NCBI GenBank assembly: GCA_037444825.1
Contig: JBBILR010000008.1
Span: 17,450 to 81,449, forward strand
Length of the DNA stretch: 64,000 nucleotides
Source: Acidobacteriota bacterium
GTDB lineage: Bacteria; Acidobacteriota; UBA4820; DSQY01
Direction of reading: 5' to 3'
In this document: piece after piece, positions 43,129-53,187 of the stretch
Position numbering within the stretch: the stretch's first letter is position 1
How the letters are laid out: every line of letters begins with the position of its first letter
The notes under the pieces: model-generated
The model's database searches: none
The model's input: only the letters and a program-made list of their open reading frames with translations
Told to the model about the DNA's origin: nothing
Program-made: the position numbers and the translations under genes

Positions 43129-45780
43129 ATGGCCCCGTCCAGCCCCTTTCGAATCCCCTTCCAAAAGTACCGCCTCGGAAACGGGCTCACCGTCCTCGTC
43201 CACGAGAACCGCCGCCTTCCCCAGGCGGCGGTGGACCTCTGGTACCACGTGGGGAGCAAGGACGAGCGCCCGGGACGGACGGGCCTGGCCCACCTCTTCG
43301 AGCACATGATGTTCCAGGGGACCCTCCACGGCCCCGGCGATTACTTCCACCCCCTGGAGGAGGTGGGGGCCCGCCTCAACGGCTCCACCTCCGAGGACCG
43401 CACCAACTACTGGGAGGTGGTTCCCTCCGAGTACCTGGACCGGGCCCTCTTCCTGGAGGCCGACCGGATGGGCTGGCTCCTGCCGGCCCTCACCGAGGAG
43501 AAGTTCCAGAACCAGCGGGAGGTGGTGAAAAACGAACGGCGCCAGACGGTGGAGAACGAGCCCTACGGCGTGGCCGAGGAGGTCCTCCTCGCCTGCCTCT
43601 ACCCCGAGGGCCACCCCTACCACCACCCCGTCATCGGCTCCATGGAGGACCTGGACCGCGCCACCCTCGAGGACGTGAAGGCCTTCTTCCGCCGCTTCTA
43701 CACGCCGAACAACGCCGTCCTCTGCGTGGCGGGGGACGTTTCCCCCGACGAGGCGCTGGAGAAGGCCGAAAGGTACTTCGGGGAGATCCCCCCGGGGCCG
43801 CCGGTCCCCCCCGTGGACCCCTGGATCCCCGTCCTCACGCGGCCCGTCCGGGCGGAGGTGGAGGACCGGGTCCAGCTTCCCCGGCTGACCCTGGCCTGGC
43901 CGACGGCATGTCACCTGACCTCGGAGGACGCCACGCTCTCGGTGCTGGCCTTCCTCCTCGCCGCCGGAAAGGACTCCCGCCTCCAGCGCCGCCTGATCCT
44001 CGAGGAGCCGCTGGCCCAGTCGGTCTGGTGCGCCCACGCCGCCGGGGAGGTGGCCGGAGCCCTGCAGGCGGTGCTCACCGCGCACCCGGGGGTGGAGTTG
44101 TCCCGCCTGGAGGAGGCGTTCTGGGAGGAGTTGAGAGGAGTCCAGGAGGGAGGGGTCTCGGAAGGAGAGGTGCGGGAGGCGGTGGAGGCCCTCACGGTGG
44201 GGGTCCTCAAGCGCCTCCAGACGCTGGGGGGCTTCGGAAGCGTCAGCGACATGCTGAATTACTACGAGGTCTTCACCGGCGATCCGGCGGGACTGGAGAC
44301 GGAACTCGCCCGCTACGAAGCCGTCACCGCCGAGGCGGTGGCGGAGGCCGCCCGACGGTTCCTCCTCCGGGACCGTCATGCCGCGGTGGCGGTCCTTCCC
44401 AAGAGGCCCCGCCGGAGCCCGCTGGACCGGTCGGTCCTCCCCGGGAAGGGCAAGGAGGGACGCTTCGCCTTCCCGGAGGTCCGCAGGCACCGTCTCGCCG
44501 GAGGCCGGGAGGTCTGGGTCCTCCGGGACGGCACCGTGCCCCTCCTCACCCTCGGGGTGGTCCTGCTGGCCGGGAGCGCCGCCGACCCCCCCGAGGAACC
44601 GGGACTGGCCTTCTTCACCGCGGGCCTTCTGGACGAGGCCGCCGCCGGCCAGGACGCCCTGGCCCTGGCGAGGCGGCAGAAGGCCTTGGCCACGAGCCTT
44701 TCCACCCGGGTGGACCCGGAGAAGACCGTCCTCTCCCTCACCCTCCAGAGCCCCCGTTACCGGGAGGGCCTCGCCCTCCTCTCCGACGTCCTCCTCCGCC
44801 CCGAGTTCCGGGAGGAGGACGTGGAGCGGGTGCGGCAGGAGCACCGGGCCTCGCTGTTGAGGCGCCTCGACGAGGCCCCCGAAGTGGGAGACCGGGCCCT
44901 CAAGGAGCGCCTCTTCGGAAAGGGGACCCCCTACGGCCACCCACCCGACGGCTTTCCCGGGGTGCTCGACACCCTCACGAGGGAGGCGGTCTGGAACTTC
45001 TACCGAAGCCGCCTTCGCCCGGCCCCGTCCTTGCTGGTGGCCGTGGGGGACGTGGAGGAGGGGCCTCTCCTCGAAGCGGCGGAAGCCCTCTTCGGGGAGT
45101 GGTCCCTCCAGGCCCCGCCCCCCCTTCCCGACCCCGACGCCTTTCGGCCCGCGGGGGGGGTGCTCCTCGTGGACAAGCCCGGCGCCCCCCAGACCTACGT
45201 CACGGGGGGGATGCCCGCCCTCTCCCGCACCGACCCGCGGGACCCGGCCTTCCTGGTCTTCAACGCCATCCTCGGCGGGCAGTTCACCAGCCGGATCAAC
45301 CTGAACCTTCGGGAGCGCCGGGGCCTCACCTACGGCGCCCACGCCTATCTGGAGCCCAAGCCGGGCATCCGCCCGTGGGTCTTCGCCGCCTCGGTGGAGG
45401 CGGAGAGGACCGCAGAGGCCCTCGCCGAGGCCCTCCGGGAGATCGAGCGGGCCGTGGGGGAAGAGCCGCCTCTGGAGGAGGAGTTCCGGAAGGCGCGGGA
45501 GAACCTGGTGCTCCGCTACGTACAGAACTTCGAGACGCAGGCCCAGCTCGCCGCCGGACTGTGGGCCCTCTGGAGCTACGGCCTTCCCCTCGAGTACCAC
45601 GAGCGCCTTCTCGCGGCGCTGAAGGGGCTGGATCTCGAAGCGGTGCGGCGGGCGGGCCGGGAGGTCCTCGATCCCCGCCTCCTCTCCTGGGTGGTGGTGG
45701 GGGACCGGCGGCTTCTGGAGGAGCCGCTCCGCGGCCTCGGCTTGCCGCTGGAGGTCGGGGAACCGAACGCGAAGCCCTAG
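43129..45780 (+). CDS. M16 family zinc peptidase (pitrilysin-like), a fused active plus inactive double-domain form
   Basis: The inverted zinc motif HxxEH is HLFEHMMFQG. The downstream Glu is in NERRQTVENE. The 883-aa length equals two M16 halves. Confidence 0.85.
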   Translation: MAPSSPFRIPFQKYRLGNGLTVLVHENRRLPQAAVDLWYHVGSKDERPGRTGLAHLFEHMMFQGTLHGPGDYFHPLEEVGARLNGSTSEDRTNYWEVVPSEYLDRALFLEADRMGWLLPALTEEKFQNQREVVKNERRQTVENEPYGVAEEVLLACLYPEGHPYHHPVIGSMEDLDRATLEDVKAFFRRFYTPNNAVLCVAGDVSPDEALEKAERYFGEIPPGPPVPPVDPWIPVLTRPVRAEVEDRVQLPRLTLAWPTACHLTSEDATLSVLAFLLAAGKDSRLQRRLILEEPLAQSVWCAHAAGEVAGALQAVLTAHPGVELSRLEEAFWEELRGVQEGGVSEGEVREAVEALTVGVLKRLQTLGGFGSVSDMLNYYEVFTGDPAGLETELARYEAVTAEAVAEAARRFLLRDRHAAVAVLPKRPRRSPLDRSVLPGKGKEGRFAFPEVRRHRLAGGREVWVLRDGTVPLLTLGVVLLAGSAADPPEEPGLAFFTAGLLDEAAAGQDALALARRQKALATSLSTRVDPEKTVLSLTLQSPRYREGLALLSDVLLRPEFREEDVERVRQEHRASLLRRLDEAPEVGDRALKERLFGKGTPYGHPPDGFPGVLDTLTREAVWNFYRSRLRPAPSLLVAVGDVEEGPLLEAAEALFGEWSLQAPPPLPDPDAFRPAGGVLLVDKPGAPQTYVTGGMPALSRTDPRDPAFLVFNAILGGQFTSRINLNLRERRGLTYGAHAYLEPKPGIRPWVFAASVEAERTAEALAEALREIERAVGEEPPLEEEFRKARENLVLRYVQNFETQAQLAAGLWALWSYGLPLEYHERLLAALKGLDLEAVRRAGREVLDPRLLSWVVVGDRRLLEEPLRGLGLPLEVGEPNAKP

Positions 45781-45790
45781 CGGGTTCGCC

Positions 45791-45816
45791 GGAGGGGGAT
45801 TTCCCCGCCCCCCTCC
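45791..45816. terminator. GC hairpin between the convergent M16 peptidase and HAD hydrolase genes
   Basis: The stems are GGAGGGGG (45791-98) and CCCCCTCC (45809-16), which are complementary. The loop is about 10 nt. Confidence 0.3.
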
Positions 45817-45817
45817 C

Positions 45818-46498
45818 TCAGCCGGCGAGGGAGAGCAGCTCCCGCGGACTTTGGAGCCGGAGGTGGACCTGGTGGCCGTCCAGTTCGGCTTCGTCGCCGT
45901 ACCCGTAGGCGGCGAAGGCGAAGGGCACCCCCGCCGCTTCGGCCATGGCGGCGTCCATCCAGGTGTCGCCCACGTACAGCGCGTCTTCCGGCGCCACCCC
46001 CAGGCGTCTCAGGACCTCCCGCAGCATGGCCGGGTGGGGCTTGGGCGGGAAGCCCTCCTCCGAGCCCAGGACCGAACGGAAGTGCCCCTCCCACGAGAAG
46101 GCCCGGAGGATCTTCGCCAGGAAGTCGTACCGCTTCATGGTGCAGAGGCCGAGGGGGAGGCGCCGGGAAAGGCTCTCGAGCGCCTCCGCGGCGCCGGGGT
46201 AGGGGCGGGTCCGGTCCAGGTGGTGGGCGGCGTAGCGTTCCCGGAAGCGCCGGGCCCCTTCGGCGGCCAGCGCCTCGTCGCCGCCGACGAAGGGAAGGAA
46301 GCAGGCCTCGAGGCGGAGGCCGATGACCCTCAGGAGGCGCTCCCTCGGCGGAAGGGGAAGGCCCAGGGCGGAGAAGCCCGCGGCGAAGGCGGCAAGGACG
46401 TCCTCTTGGCTGTCGAGGAGGGTCCCGTCCAGGTCGAAGAGGATGGCGTGCGGCCCGGGAAACGGCCCCTTCCCGGACTCCCGTCCTTCCGGCTTCAC
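45818..46498 (-). CDS. HAD-superfamily hydrolase (phosphoglycolate-phosphatase-like)
   Basis: Motif I is ILFDLDGTLLDS. Motif IV is the C-terminal VGDTWMD. Confidence 0.75.
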   Translation of the reverse strand: MKPEGRESGKGPFPGPHAILFDLDGTLLDSQEDVLAAFAAGFSALGLPLPPRERLLRVIGLRLEACFLPFVGGDEALAAEGARRFRERYAAHHLDRTRPYPGAAEALESLSRRLPLGLCTMKRYDFLAKILRAFSWEGHFRSVLGSEEGFPPKPHPAMLREVLRRLGVAPEDALYVGDTWMDAAMAEAAGVPFAFAAYGYGDEAELDGHQVHLRLQSPRELLSLAG

Positions 46499-46511
46499 GT
46501 CCTGGGCCCTT

Positions 46512-47882
46512 TCACTCCAGCTCGAACTTCTTCAGCCGGTAGCGCAAGGTGTCCCGGGAGAGCCCCAGCAGCCGGGCGGCGCGGGTCTGGTTGCCTCCGG
46601 TGCGCTGGAGGGCCTGCTCCAACAGGCTCCGCTCCACGTCCTCCAGGACCACCCCGCCGGGGGGGAGGATGAAGGCCTGCTCCACCGGCTGGTGGGCCTC
46701 CTCCGCGTGGATCTCCCGCGGGAGGTCCGAGAGGTCGATCATCTCCTTGTTCTCGAGGATCATCACCCGCTCGATGAGGTTCTTGAGCTCCCGAATGTTG
46801 CCGGGCCAGGGGTATTCCATGAGGGCCTGCATGGCCGCGTGGGTCACCCCCCGGGTGTTTTTCTTGAACTCCCGGTTGAAGTGGTCGATGAAGTACTTGA
46901 CGAGAAGAGGGATGTCCTCGGGCCGCTCCCGGAGCGGCGGCAGGTGGATGGGGATCACTTTCAGGCGGTAGTAGAGGTCCTTGCGGTACCGCCCCTCGGT
47001 CACCGCCTGCTCCAGGTTGGCGCTGGTGGAGGCGATGATCCGAACGTCCACGTGGATGTCCTGGGTCCCGCCCGCCCGCTTGAAGCTCCGCTCCTCGAGG
47101 AACCGCAGGAGCTTGGACTGGAAGTTGGGGCCGATCTCCGCCACCTCGTCCAGGAAGACCGTCCCGCCGTCGGCCAGTTCGAGGAGGCCCTTCTTGGTGT
47201 TCTTGGCGTCGGGGAAGGCCCCCTTCTCGTACCCGAAGAGCTCCTGTTCCAGCACCGGTTCGGGAAGGGCCGAGCAGGTGAGGGTCATGAAGGGCTTTTT
47301 GGCCCGGTCGCTGGCGTAGTGGATGGTGTTGGCCAGCAGGTCCTTTCCGGTACCGCTCTCCCCCTGGAGGAGGATGGTGGTGGCCGAGGAGGCGGCGATC
47401 TTCTTCACCAGCTCGAAGACCTCCACGATGCGGGGGTTCCGGCCCACCAGGTTGCTCACCCCGAAGCGCTCCTCCTGGGCCTTCCGGTACCGGCTCAGCT
47501 CCCGCTTCAGGGAGGTGTTCTCCAGGGCCTTCTGGATGCAGACCAGGAGCTCCTCGATCTCGAAGGGTTTGTTGAGGTAGTCGAAGGCGCCGAGCTTCAT
47601 GGCCTCGATGGCGCTCTCCACGGTGGAGTAGGCGGTCATCATGATGACGGGGAGCTCCCGGGCCTTGGGGCCGATGGCCTTGAGGACCTGGAGGCCGTCC
47701 ATGTCGGGCAGGCGGTAGTCCAGGAGGATGAGGTCCACCTCCCGCTCCTCCAGCGCTTTGAGGGCGTCTCCCCCCCGGTCCACCTCGGTGACCACGTAGC
47801 CCTCCTTGGAGAGCCGGTTGGCGAGGGACCAGCGGATGAGCTTCTCGTCTTCCACGAGGAGAATGGATTCTTTGGCCATCAC
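46512..47882 (-). CDS. Sigma-54-dependent response regulator (NtrC family: REC, AAA+ and HTH domains)
   Basis: The REC domain reads LLVEDEKLIR...DLILLDYRLPDMDG. The Walker A motif is GESGTGKD. The GAFTGA-type ESELFGHEKGAF motif is present as ELFGYEKGAF. The C-terminal Fis-type HTH reads NQTRAARLLGLSRDTLRYRLKK. Confidence 0.9.
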   Translation of the reverse strand: MMAKESILLVEDEKLIRWSLANRLSKEGYVVTEVDRGGDALKALEEREVDLILLDYRLPDMDGLQVLKAIGPKARELPVIMMTAYSTVESAIEAMKLGAFDYLNKPFEIEELLVCIQKALENTSLKRELSRYRKAQEERFGVSNLVGRNPRIVEVFELVKKIAASSATTILLQGESGTGKDLLANTIHYASDRAKKPFMTLTCSALPEPVLEQELFGYEKGAFPDAKNTKKGLLELADGGTVFLDEVAEIGPNFQSKLLRFLEERSFKRAGGTQDIHVDVRIIASTSANLEQAVTEGRYRKDLYYRLKVIPIHLPPLRERPEDIPLLVKYFIDHFNREFKKNTRGVTHAAMQALMEYPWPGNIRELKNLIERVMILENKEMIDLSDLPREIHAEEAHQPVEQAFILPPGGVVLEDVERSLLEQALQRTGGNQTRAARLLGLSRDTLRYRLKKFELE

Positions 47883-50119
47883 GAACCCCCGGAATCGATG
47901 GGCAGGTAGACGGTGAAGGCCGCCCCTTCTCCGGGACGGCTGGAGACCTCGATGCGCCCCCCGTGGGCGCCGACGATGCGGTGGACGATGGAAAGCCCCA
48001 GCCCCGTCCCGATGTGCTTGGTGGTGAAGAAGGGCTGGAAGATCTTACGCTGGACCTCCGGGGGGATGCCGTCCCCCGTGTCCCGAACGGTGAGGGCCAC
48101 CTCCCCCTCGCAGAGAAAGGCGGAGATGTGGACCTCCCCCCCCGGCGGGGCGGCCTGAACGCCGTTCTGGATGAGGTTCACCAGCACCTGCTGGAGGCGT
48201 TGGGGGTCGGCGTGGACCGGCGGGAGGTCCGGGGTCACCTCGGCCACGATCTTCACCTGCGCCTCCCGGGCCTGGTCCTGGACGAAGGGGAGGGTGGACT
48301 CCACCACGAGATGGAGGGGGAGGGCCTCCAGCTGGAGGCTGAGGGGGCGGGCGTAGGCCAGGAGGTCCTTCACCAGGCCGTCGAGCCTCCGGATCTGGGC
48401 GAGGCCCTCGTGGAACATGGCGAAGCGGGGGTCATCGAGCTGGTGCTGGCTCCGCATCACCTCCATGGCCCCCCGGAGCCCCGCGATGGGGTTCTTGATC
48501 TCGTGGGCCACGCTGGCGGCCAGCTGGCCCAGCTCCGCCAGGTGCTCGGCCTGAGCGAGCTCGGCCTGGAGGCGTTTGAGTTCCGTGACGTCCTTGAGGA
48601 CCAGGGAGGCCCCCTTGGTCTTCCCCGAGGGGCTTCGGATTTCGGTGCGGGTGACGAGGATGTCGAGGTGGCTGTCGCACCCCCGGGGCAGGATCGCTTC
48701 GAAGTGGCGGATGCCCGGGAGGCTGCCGGAGGAGGGCATTTCGCGGATCCGGTCGGGGGGGAGGAACTCCTCCACCGGCCGTCCGAGGGCGAAGGGGGCC
48801 TCCACCCCGAAAAGGGCCTCGGCGCCCCGGTTCCACGAAGCGATGCGGTTCTCCGCGTCCAGGGTCACCAGCCCGTCCATGGAGGCCTGAAGGATGGAGA
48901 GGAGGTACTGGTCCTTGCTGGCCACCTCCTCCTTGAGGGCCTCCTCCACCCGGACGTCCTGGCAGAAGCTCATGGTGCCGAGGAGGGTACCCGCCTCGTC
49001 CCGCAGGAGGGAGAAGGTGACCTTCAGGGGGACGTACTCCCCGCTCTTGGCCCGGAAGGAGGTGACGTGGTCGGTGATGACCTCCTCCACAAGGAGGCGC
49101 TTCATCACCGACCGGGCCTCCGCGAGCCCCTTCTCGTAGTAGTCGGCCACCCGCTCCCCCAGCATCTCCTCCTCGGTGAAGCCGAAGATCTTCTCGGCGG
49201 CCCGGTTGAAGAGGGTGATGCGGCCGTGGAGGTCGGTGGAGATGATGGCGCTCACGGAGGAGTTGAGGATGTTCCGGACCAGCTCCTGGGTCCGGGCGAG
49301 GGAGCGGACCGCCTCCTGCTGGGCGGTGATGTCCAGGTAGATCTCGATGACGTGGGGCCCCTTGAGGCTCTCCCCCTGGATGGGGCGGGTGATCTTCAGG
49401 TAGTCCTTGGGGTTCTTGTCGGTGCCGAGGCGCAGGATCTGGCGCATGGGGACGGCGCCGCCGAGGGCCGTCGCGGCGGAGCACCGGCCGCACTCGTCGC
49501 CGCTGTGGCAGAGCGCCTCCCGGCAGGCCATCCCCACCGCCAGCTCGGGCCGCACTCGGAGAAGGTCTCGGGGGACGTTCTGGTTGAGCCAGACGATCTT
49601 CTGGTCCCGGTCCATGAGCACGATGCCCACGTCCAGGCCCGTGAGGATCTGGTTGAGGAGGCCCCACTGCTCGTGGATCCGGACGGCGTCGGCTTCCGTG
49701 GCCTCGATGCGGGCCCGGGCCTCGGCGGCGGCCTCCTCCGTGGCCGACTGGTAGCACTCCAGAAGGATGTAGGAGTTCTCCCGGAAGGTCTCCAGGAACA
49801 GTTCCCTCAGGTCGTTCTTGGCCTTGAGGTCCGACTCCCCGAGAAGGCGGAGGAGGATCCGCTTGCCCACGTCCACCGCCCGGGCCACGTCCGCCAGGCG
49901 GACCTTCTCCTGGATGCGCTTCCGGCTGAGGTCCTGGTAGAAGGCGTAGAGGCGGCTCTGGAGACCCAGGTTCCAGTAGTACCGCAAGGCCTCGAAGTGC
50001 CGTTCCACGGGAAGCCGCACTTCCCGGGGGTCCATGTTGGCGTAAGCGGGGATCTCCCGCCGGATGGCTTCCACCCACTCCTCCAGCAGGGTGGCGGCCA
50101 CGGCGTCGAGCCACCGCAT
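47879..50119 (-). CDS. PAS-domain sensor histidine kinase (cytoplasmic, multi-PAS, HisKA plus HATPase_c). It is the partner of the sigma-54 regulator.
   Basis: The H-box is SVAHEIKNPIAG. N, G1 and G2 boxes are present (NLIQNG, DTGDGI, GTGLGLSIV). A Cys-rich stretch reads CREALCHSGDECGRC. The start is reassigned to MRWLD (50117-50119), 35 nt downstream of the upstream stop. Its 4-nt overlap with the regulator suggests an operon. Confidence 0.8.
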   Translation of the reverse strand: MRWLDAVAATLLEEWVEAIRREIPAYANMDPREVRLPVERHFEALRYYWNLGLQSRLYAFYQDLSRKRIQEKVRLADVARAVDVGKRILLRLLGESDLKAKNDLRELFLETFRENSYILLECYQSATEEAAAEARARIEATEADAVRIHEQWGLLNQILTGLDVGIVLMDRDQKIVWLNQNVPRDLLRVRPELAVGMACREALCHSGDECGRCSAATALGGAVPMRQILRLGTDKNPKDYLKITRPIQGESLKGPHVIEIYLDITAQQEAVRSLARTQELVRNILNSSVSAIISTDLHGRITLFNRAAEKIFGFTEEEMLGERVADYYEKGLAEARSVMKRLLVEEVITDHVTSFRAKSGEYVPLKVTFSLLRDEAGTLLGTMSFCQDVRVEEALKEEVASKDQYLLSILQASMDGLVTLDAENRIASWNRGAEALFGVEAPFALGRPVEEFLPPDRIREMPSSGSLPGIRHFEAILPRGCDSHLDILVTRTEIRSPSGKTKGASLVLKDVTELKRLQAELAQAEHLAELGQLAASVAHEIKNPIAGLRGAMEVMRSQHQLDDPRFAMFHEGLAQIRRLDGLVKDLLAYARPLSLQLEALPLHLVVESTLPFVQDQAREAQVKIVAEVTPDLPPVHADPQRLQQVLVNLIQNGVQAAPPGGEVHISAFLCEGEVALTVRDTGDGIPPEVQRKIFQPFFTTKHIGTGLGLSIVHRIVGAHGGRIEVSSRPGEGAAFTVYLPIDSGGS

Positions 50120-50154
50120 GAACTCCTGGTGCTGGGCCGCCGGGCGGCTTCCCG

Positions 50155-50937
50155 TCAGGGCGCGGGCCACGAGGGCCTCCTCTTTTCGAAGAAAGCCTCG
50201 AGCCCCTCGCGCATGTCGGGGCCCGTGCGCGCGAAGACGTTGAGGACCTTGGCCAGGTGGAGGGCCCGCTCCATGGGGAGCCCCGAGGTGTGCCAGAGGA
50301 GCTCCTTGGTGAGCGCCAGGGAGGAGGGGGCCCCCTCGGCGAGGGAGGCGGCGAGCCGCACCGCCTCCGACAGGAGGTTTTCCTCCTCCACGACGCGGTG
50401 GACCAACCCCGCGGCGAGGGCCTCCTCGGCGGAGAGGGCCCGGCCGGCGAGGAGAAGCTCCCGCGCCGTCCGCTCCCCCACCTGGCGGGCGAGAAAGACG
50501 AGGACCATGGCCGCCACGAAGCCGATGCGCACCTCCGGGTAGCCGAAGCGGGCGCGGGGGCCGGCGAGGATCACGTCGCAGGTGGTGGCGAGCCCGCACC
50601 CCCCCGCCAGGGCGGGGCCGTGGACCGCGCCGACGAGGGGTTTGGGGAAGGTGGCGGCCTCCCGGTAGAGGGCCAGGAGCCTCCGGGAGTCGGCGTCGTT
50701 TTCCCGGGGGGTGGCCTGACGCAGGGCCCGCAGGGCCCCGAGGTCGGCGCCGGCGGAAAAGGCGGGGCCGGAACCGGTGAGCACCGCGGCCCTTGCGAAA
50801 GGGTCTTCCGCGACACGGCCCAGCGCCTCCCTCAGGGCCTCCACCATCTCCGGCCCCAGGGCGTTTCGGACCTCGGGCCGGTTCAGCGTCACCACCGCCA
50901 CCGGCCCCTCGCGGGAAAGGAGCACCGCCTGGGTCAT
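50155..50937 (-). CDS. Enoyl-CoA hydratase/isomerase (crotonase) family protein
   Basis: The product reads GSGPAFSAGADL...ALAGGCGLATTCDV and is 260 aa. Confidence 0.85.
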   Translation of the reverse strand: MTQAVLLSREGPVAVVTLNRPEVRNALGPEMVEALREALGRVAEDPFARAAVLTGSGPAFSAGADLGALRALRQATPRENDADSRRLLALYREAATFPKPLVGAVHGPALAGGCGLATTCDVILAGPRARFGYPEVRIGFVAAMVLVFLARQVGERTARELLLAGRALSAEEALAAGLVHRVVEEENLLSEAVRLAASLAEGAPSSLALTKELLWHTSGLPMERALHLAKVLNVFARTGPDMREGLEAFFEKRRPSWPAP

Positions 50938-50969
50938 GGGCTCTCCGTTCCTCCCGGACCCCCGGAGGG

Positions 50970-52634
50970 TCACGTCTGCAGGACCCCGACGCCCAACGGC
51001 GGCACCTCGGGGTTGTGGGCGGCCACCTCCAGGGCGCGGATCAGGTGCGCCCGCGTCTCCAGGGGATCGATGATGGCGTCCAGCCAGAGGCGCGCCGCGC
51101 CGTAGACCGGTTCCGTGGCGGCGGCGTAGCGCTCGCGGATCTCCTCGAGGGCCCGCTCCCGCTCTTCCGCCGTGATGGTCTTCCCCGCCTTCCGGAGCTG
51201 GTTCAGCCGGATGTCCAGGAGGGTGTTGGCGGCCTGGTCGCCGCCCATGACGGCGTAGCGGGCCGTGGGCCACGCGAAGAGGAAGCGCGGGCCGTAGGCC
51301 TTGCCGCACATGGCGTAGTGGCCGGCTCCGAAGGAGCCGCCGAGGATCAGCGAGATCTTGGGGACGCCTACGTTGGAGACGGCGTTCACCATCTTGGCCC
51401 CGGCGCGGATGATGCCGGCGTGCTCCGAGTCTCGGCCCACCATGAAGCCGTTCACGTCGTGCAGGAAGAGGAGGGGGATCCGCTGCTGGTGGCAGTCGAG
51501 GATGAACCTCGCGGCCTTGTTGGCGCTCTCCACGTAGATCACCCCCCCGATCTCCACGGGCTTTCCCTTGGGGCGGACGTGGACCTTCTGGTTGGCCACG
51601 ATGCCCACCGACCACCCGCCGATGCGGGCGTAGCCGCAGACCAGGGTTCGCCCGTACTCCTCCCGGTACTCCGTGAAGTCGCTCCCGTCCACGATCCTCC
51701 CGATGACCTCCTTGACGTCGTACTGGCCCAGGGGGTTGTCGGGGAAGATGCCGTAGAGGTCCTCGGGGTCGTACAAAGGCTCCCGGGGCTCCACCCGGGA
51801 GAAGGGCGGCGGGTCGGGCTTCCCCAGGTGGGCGGCGATCTCCCGGATCCTTCGGATGCAGGAGGCGTCGTCCTTCTCGTGGAAGTCCACCGTCCCCGAC
51901 ACGGAGGCGTGCATGGCGGCCCCCCCCAGGTCCTCCGAGGAGACCTGCTGGCCGATGGCCGCCTTCACCAGGGCGGGCCCCGCCAGGTAGAGCCCCGACC
52001 CGTCGGTCATGAGCAGGGTGTCGCACATCACCGGCAGGTAGGCGCCCCCGGCCACGCAGGAGCCCATGATGGCGGCGATCTGCGGCACGCCGAGGGCGGT
52101 GAGGCGGGCGTTGAGGTAGAAGACCCGGCCGAAGTCGTCCTGGTCGGGGAAGACCTCGTCCTGGAGGGGCAGGAAGACCCCCGCCGAGTCCACCAGGTAG
52201 AGCACCGGCAGGCGGTTCTCCAGGGCGATGGTCTGGGCCCGGATCACCTTCTTGGCCGTCATGGGGAAGAAGGCGCCGGCCTTCACCGTGGCGTCGTTGG
52301 CGATGATCATGAAGAGGCGGCCCGAGAGGAAGCCCGTCCCCGTGACGACCCCCGCCGCCGGAGACCCCCCCCACTCCTCGTAGAGGCCGTGGGCGGCGAA
52401 GAGGTGCAGCTCGTGGAAGGGCACCCCCGGATCCAGGAGGGCCTCGATGCGCTCCCTCGCCGTGAGGCGCCCCTTCTCGTGTTGTTTCTGTACCGCCTCC
52501 GGTCCGCCCCCCTGGCGCAGGATCGCCTCCAGCTCCCGCACCTTGCGTACCAGGCTCTTGAAGCTGTCCCGGTTGCGTTTGAACTCCAGACTCGAACGGA
52601 CCTTCTCGTCCACCGCCGTGGCCAGCGTCGTCAT
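50970..52634 (-). CDS. Acyl-CoA carboxylase carboxyltransferase (beta) subunit, methylcrotonyl-/propionyl-CoA carboxylase-like
   Basis: It is a 554-aa two-domain carboxyltransferase (GGAYLPVMCD...GGSFGAGHYAM). It lies directly upstream of the crotonase gene. Confidence 0.8.
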   Translation of the reverse strand: MTTLATAVDEKVRSSLEFKRNRDSFKSLVRKVRELEAILRQGGGPEAVQKQHEKGRLTARERIEALLDPGVPFHELHLFAAHGLYEEWGGSPAAGVVTGTGFLSGRLFMIIANDATVKAGAFFPMTAKKVIRAQTIALENRLPVLYLVDSAGVFLPLQDEVFPDQDDFGRVFYLNARLTALGVPQIAAIMGSCVAGGAYLPVMCDTLLMTDGSGLYLAGPALVKAAIGQQVSSEDLGGAAMHASVSGTVDFHEKDDASCIRRIREIAAHLGKPDPPPFSRVEPREPLYDPEDLYGIFPDNPLGQYDVKEVIGRIVDGSDFTEYREEYGRTLVCGYARIGGWSVGIVANQKVHVRPKGKPVEIGGVIYVESANKAARFILDCHQQRIPLLFLHDVNGFMVGRDSEHAGIIRAGAKMVNAVSNVGVPKISLILGGSFGAGHYAMCGKAYGPRFLFAWPTARYAVMGGDQAANTLLDIRLNQLRKAGKTITAEERERALEEIRERYAAATEPVYGAARLWLDAIIDPLETRAHLIRALEVAAHNPEVPPLGVGVLQT

Positions 52635-52762
52635 CGCCGCTTCTCCAGCGTGGCATCATAACAGAGGGAAATCACCCAGAAAAGGCGGCCCTGCCGCCTC
52701 TCCCGGAGGGGAGGGAGCCGGACGGCGCCGCCCGGCGCCGCAACGGGCGCTCGCCTCCGCGG

Positions 52763-52806
52763 GGGGGCGAAAAAGAGAAGGGAGGCGGAGCGGCGCTCCG
52801 CCTCCC
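52763..52806 (-). terminator. Rho-independent terminator of the HU gene
   Basis: The stem gggaggcggagcg/cgctccgcctccc is perfect. On the minus strand it is followed by UUCUCUUUUUCG. Confidence 0.6.
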
Positions 52807-52820
52807 GGGGTGTGGGCGTC

Positions 52821-53114
52821 TCAGCCCTTGAGGGCGTCCTTGAAGCTCTTGGCGGGTTTGAAGGCCGGGTAGGTGCGCCGGGGGACCTTGACCTTTCCGC
52901 CCGTCTTGGGGTTGCGGGCCTGGCGGGCCTTCCGCTCGCGGATGTGGAAGGTGCCGAATCCCGACACGATGACCTTTCCTCCTCCCTTGAGGACCTCGCT
53001 GATGATGCCCTTTCCGGGGCGGGCGTCCGTCAGCGCCTCCAGAACGGCGCGGACGTCCTTCTGGGGAAGGCCGGTCCTCTCCGCCAGCCGCTTGATCAAT
53101 TCGGTCTTGGTCAT
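52821..53114 (-). CDS. HU/IHF-family nucleoid-associated DNA-binding protein
   Basis: The product reads MTKTELIKRLAERTGLPQKDVRAVLEAL...GFGTFHIRERKARQARNPKTG and is 97 aa. GGGAGG lies 7 nt upstream of the ATG. Confidence 0.85.
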   Translation of the reverse strand: MTKTELIKRLAERTGLPQKDVRAVLEALTDARPGKGIISEVLKGGGKVIVSGFGTFHIRERKARQARNPKTGGKVKVPRRTYPAFKPAKSFKDALKG

Positions 53115-53187
53115 CCTCACGCCTCCCTGGTTTTCGAGGAACTATACGGCCCCCCTTTCCGGGAAGTCAAGGGGGAGAAAGGCCCTT

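Noticed and set aside
53115-53187. A weak inverted repeat after the MshEN-ATPase-like gene, considered as a terminator
   Set aside because: The stem is only 5-6 bp with an infeasible 1-3-nt loop and no U-tract. The gene is more likely co-transcribed with HU.
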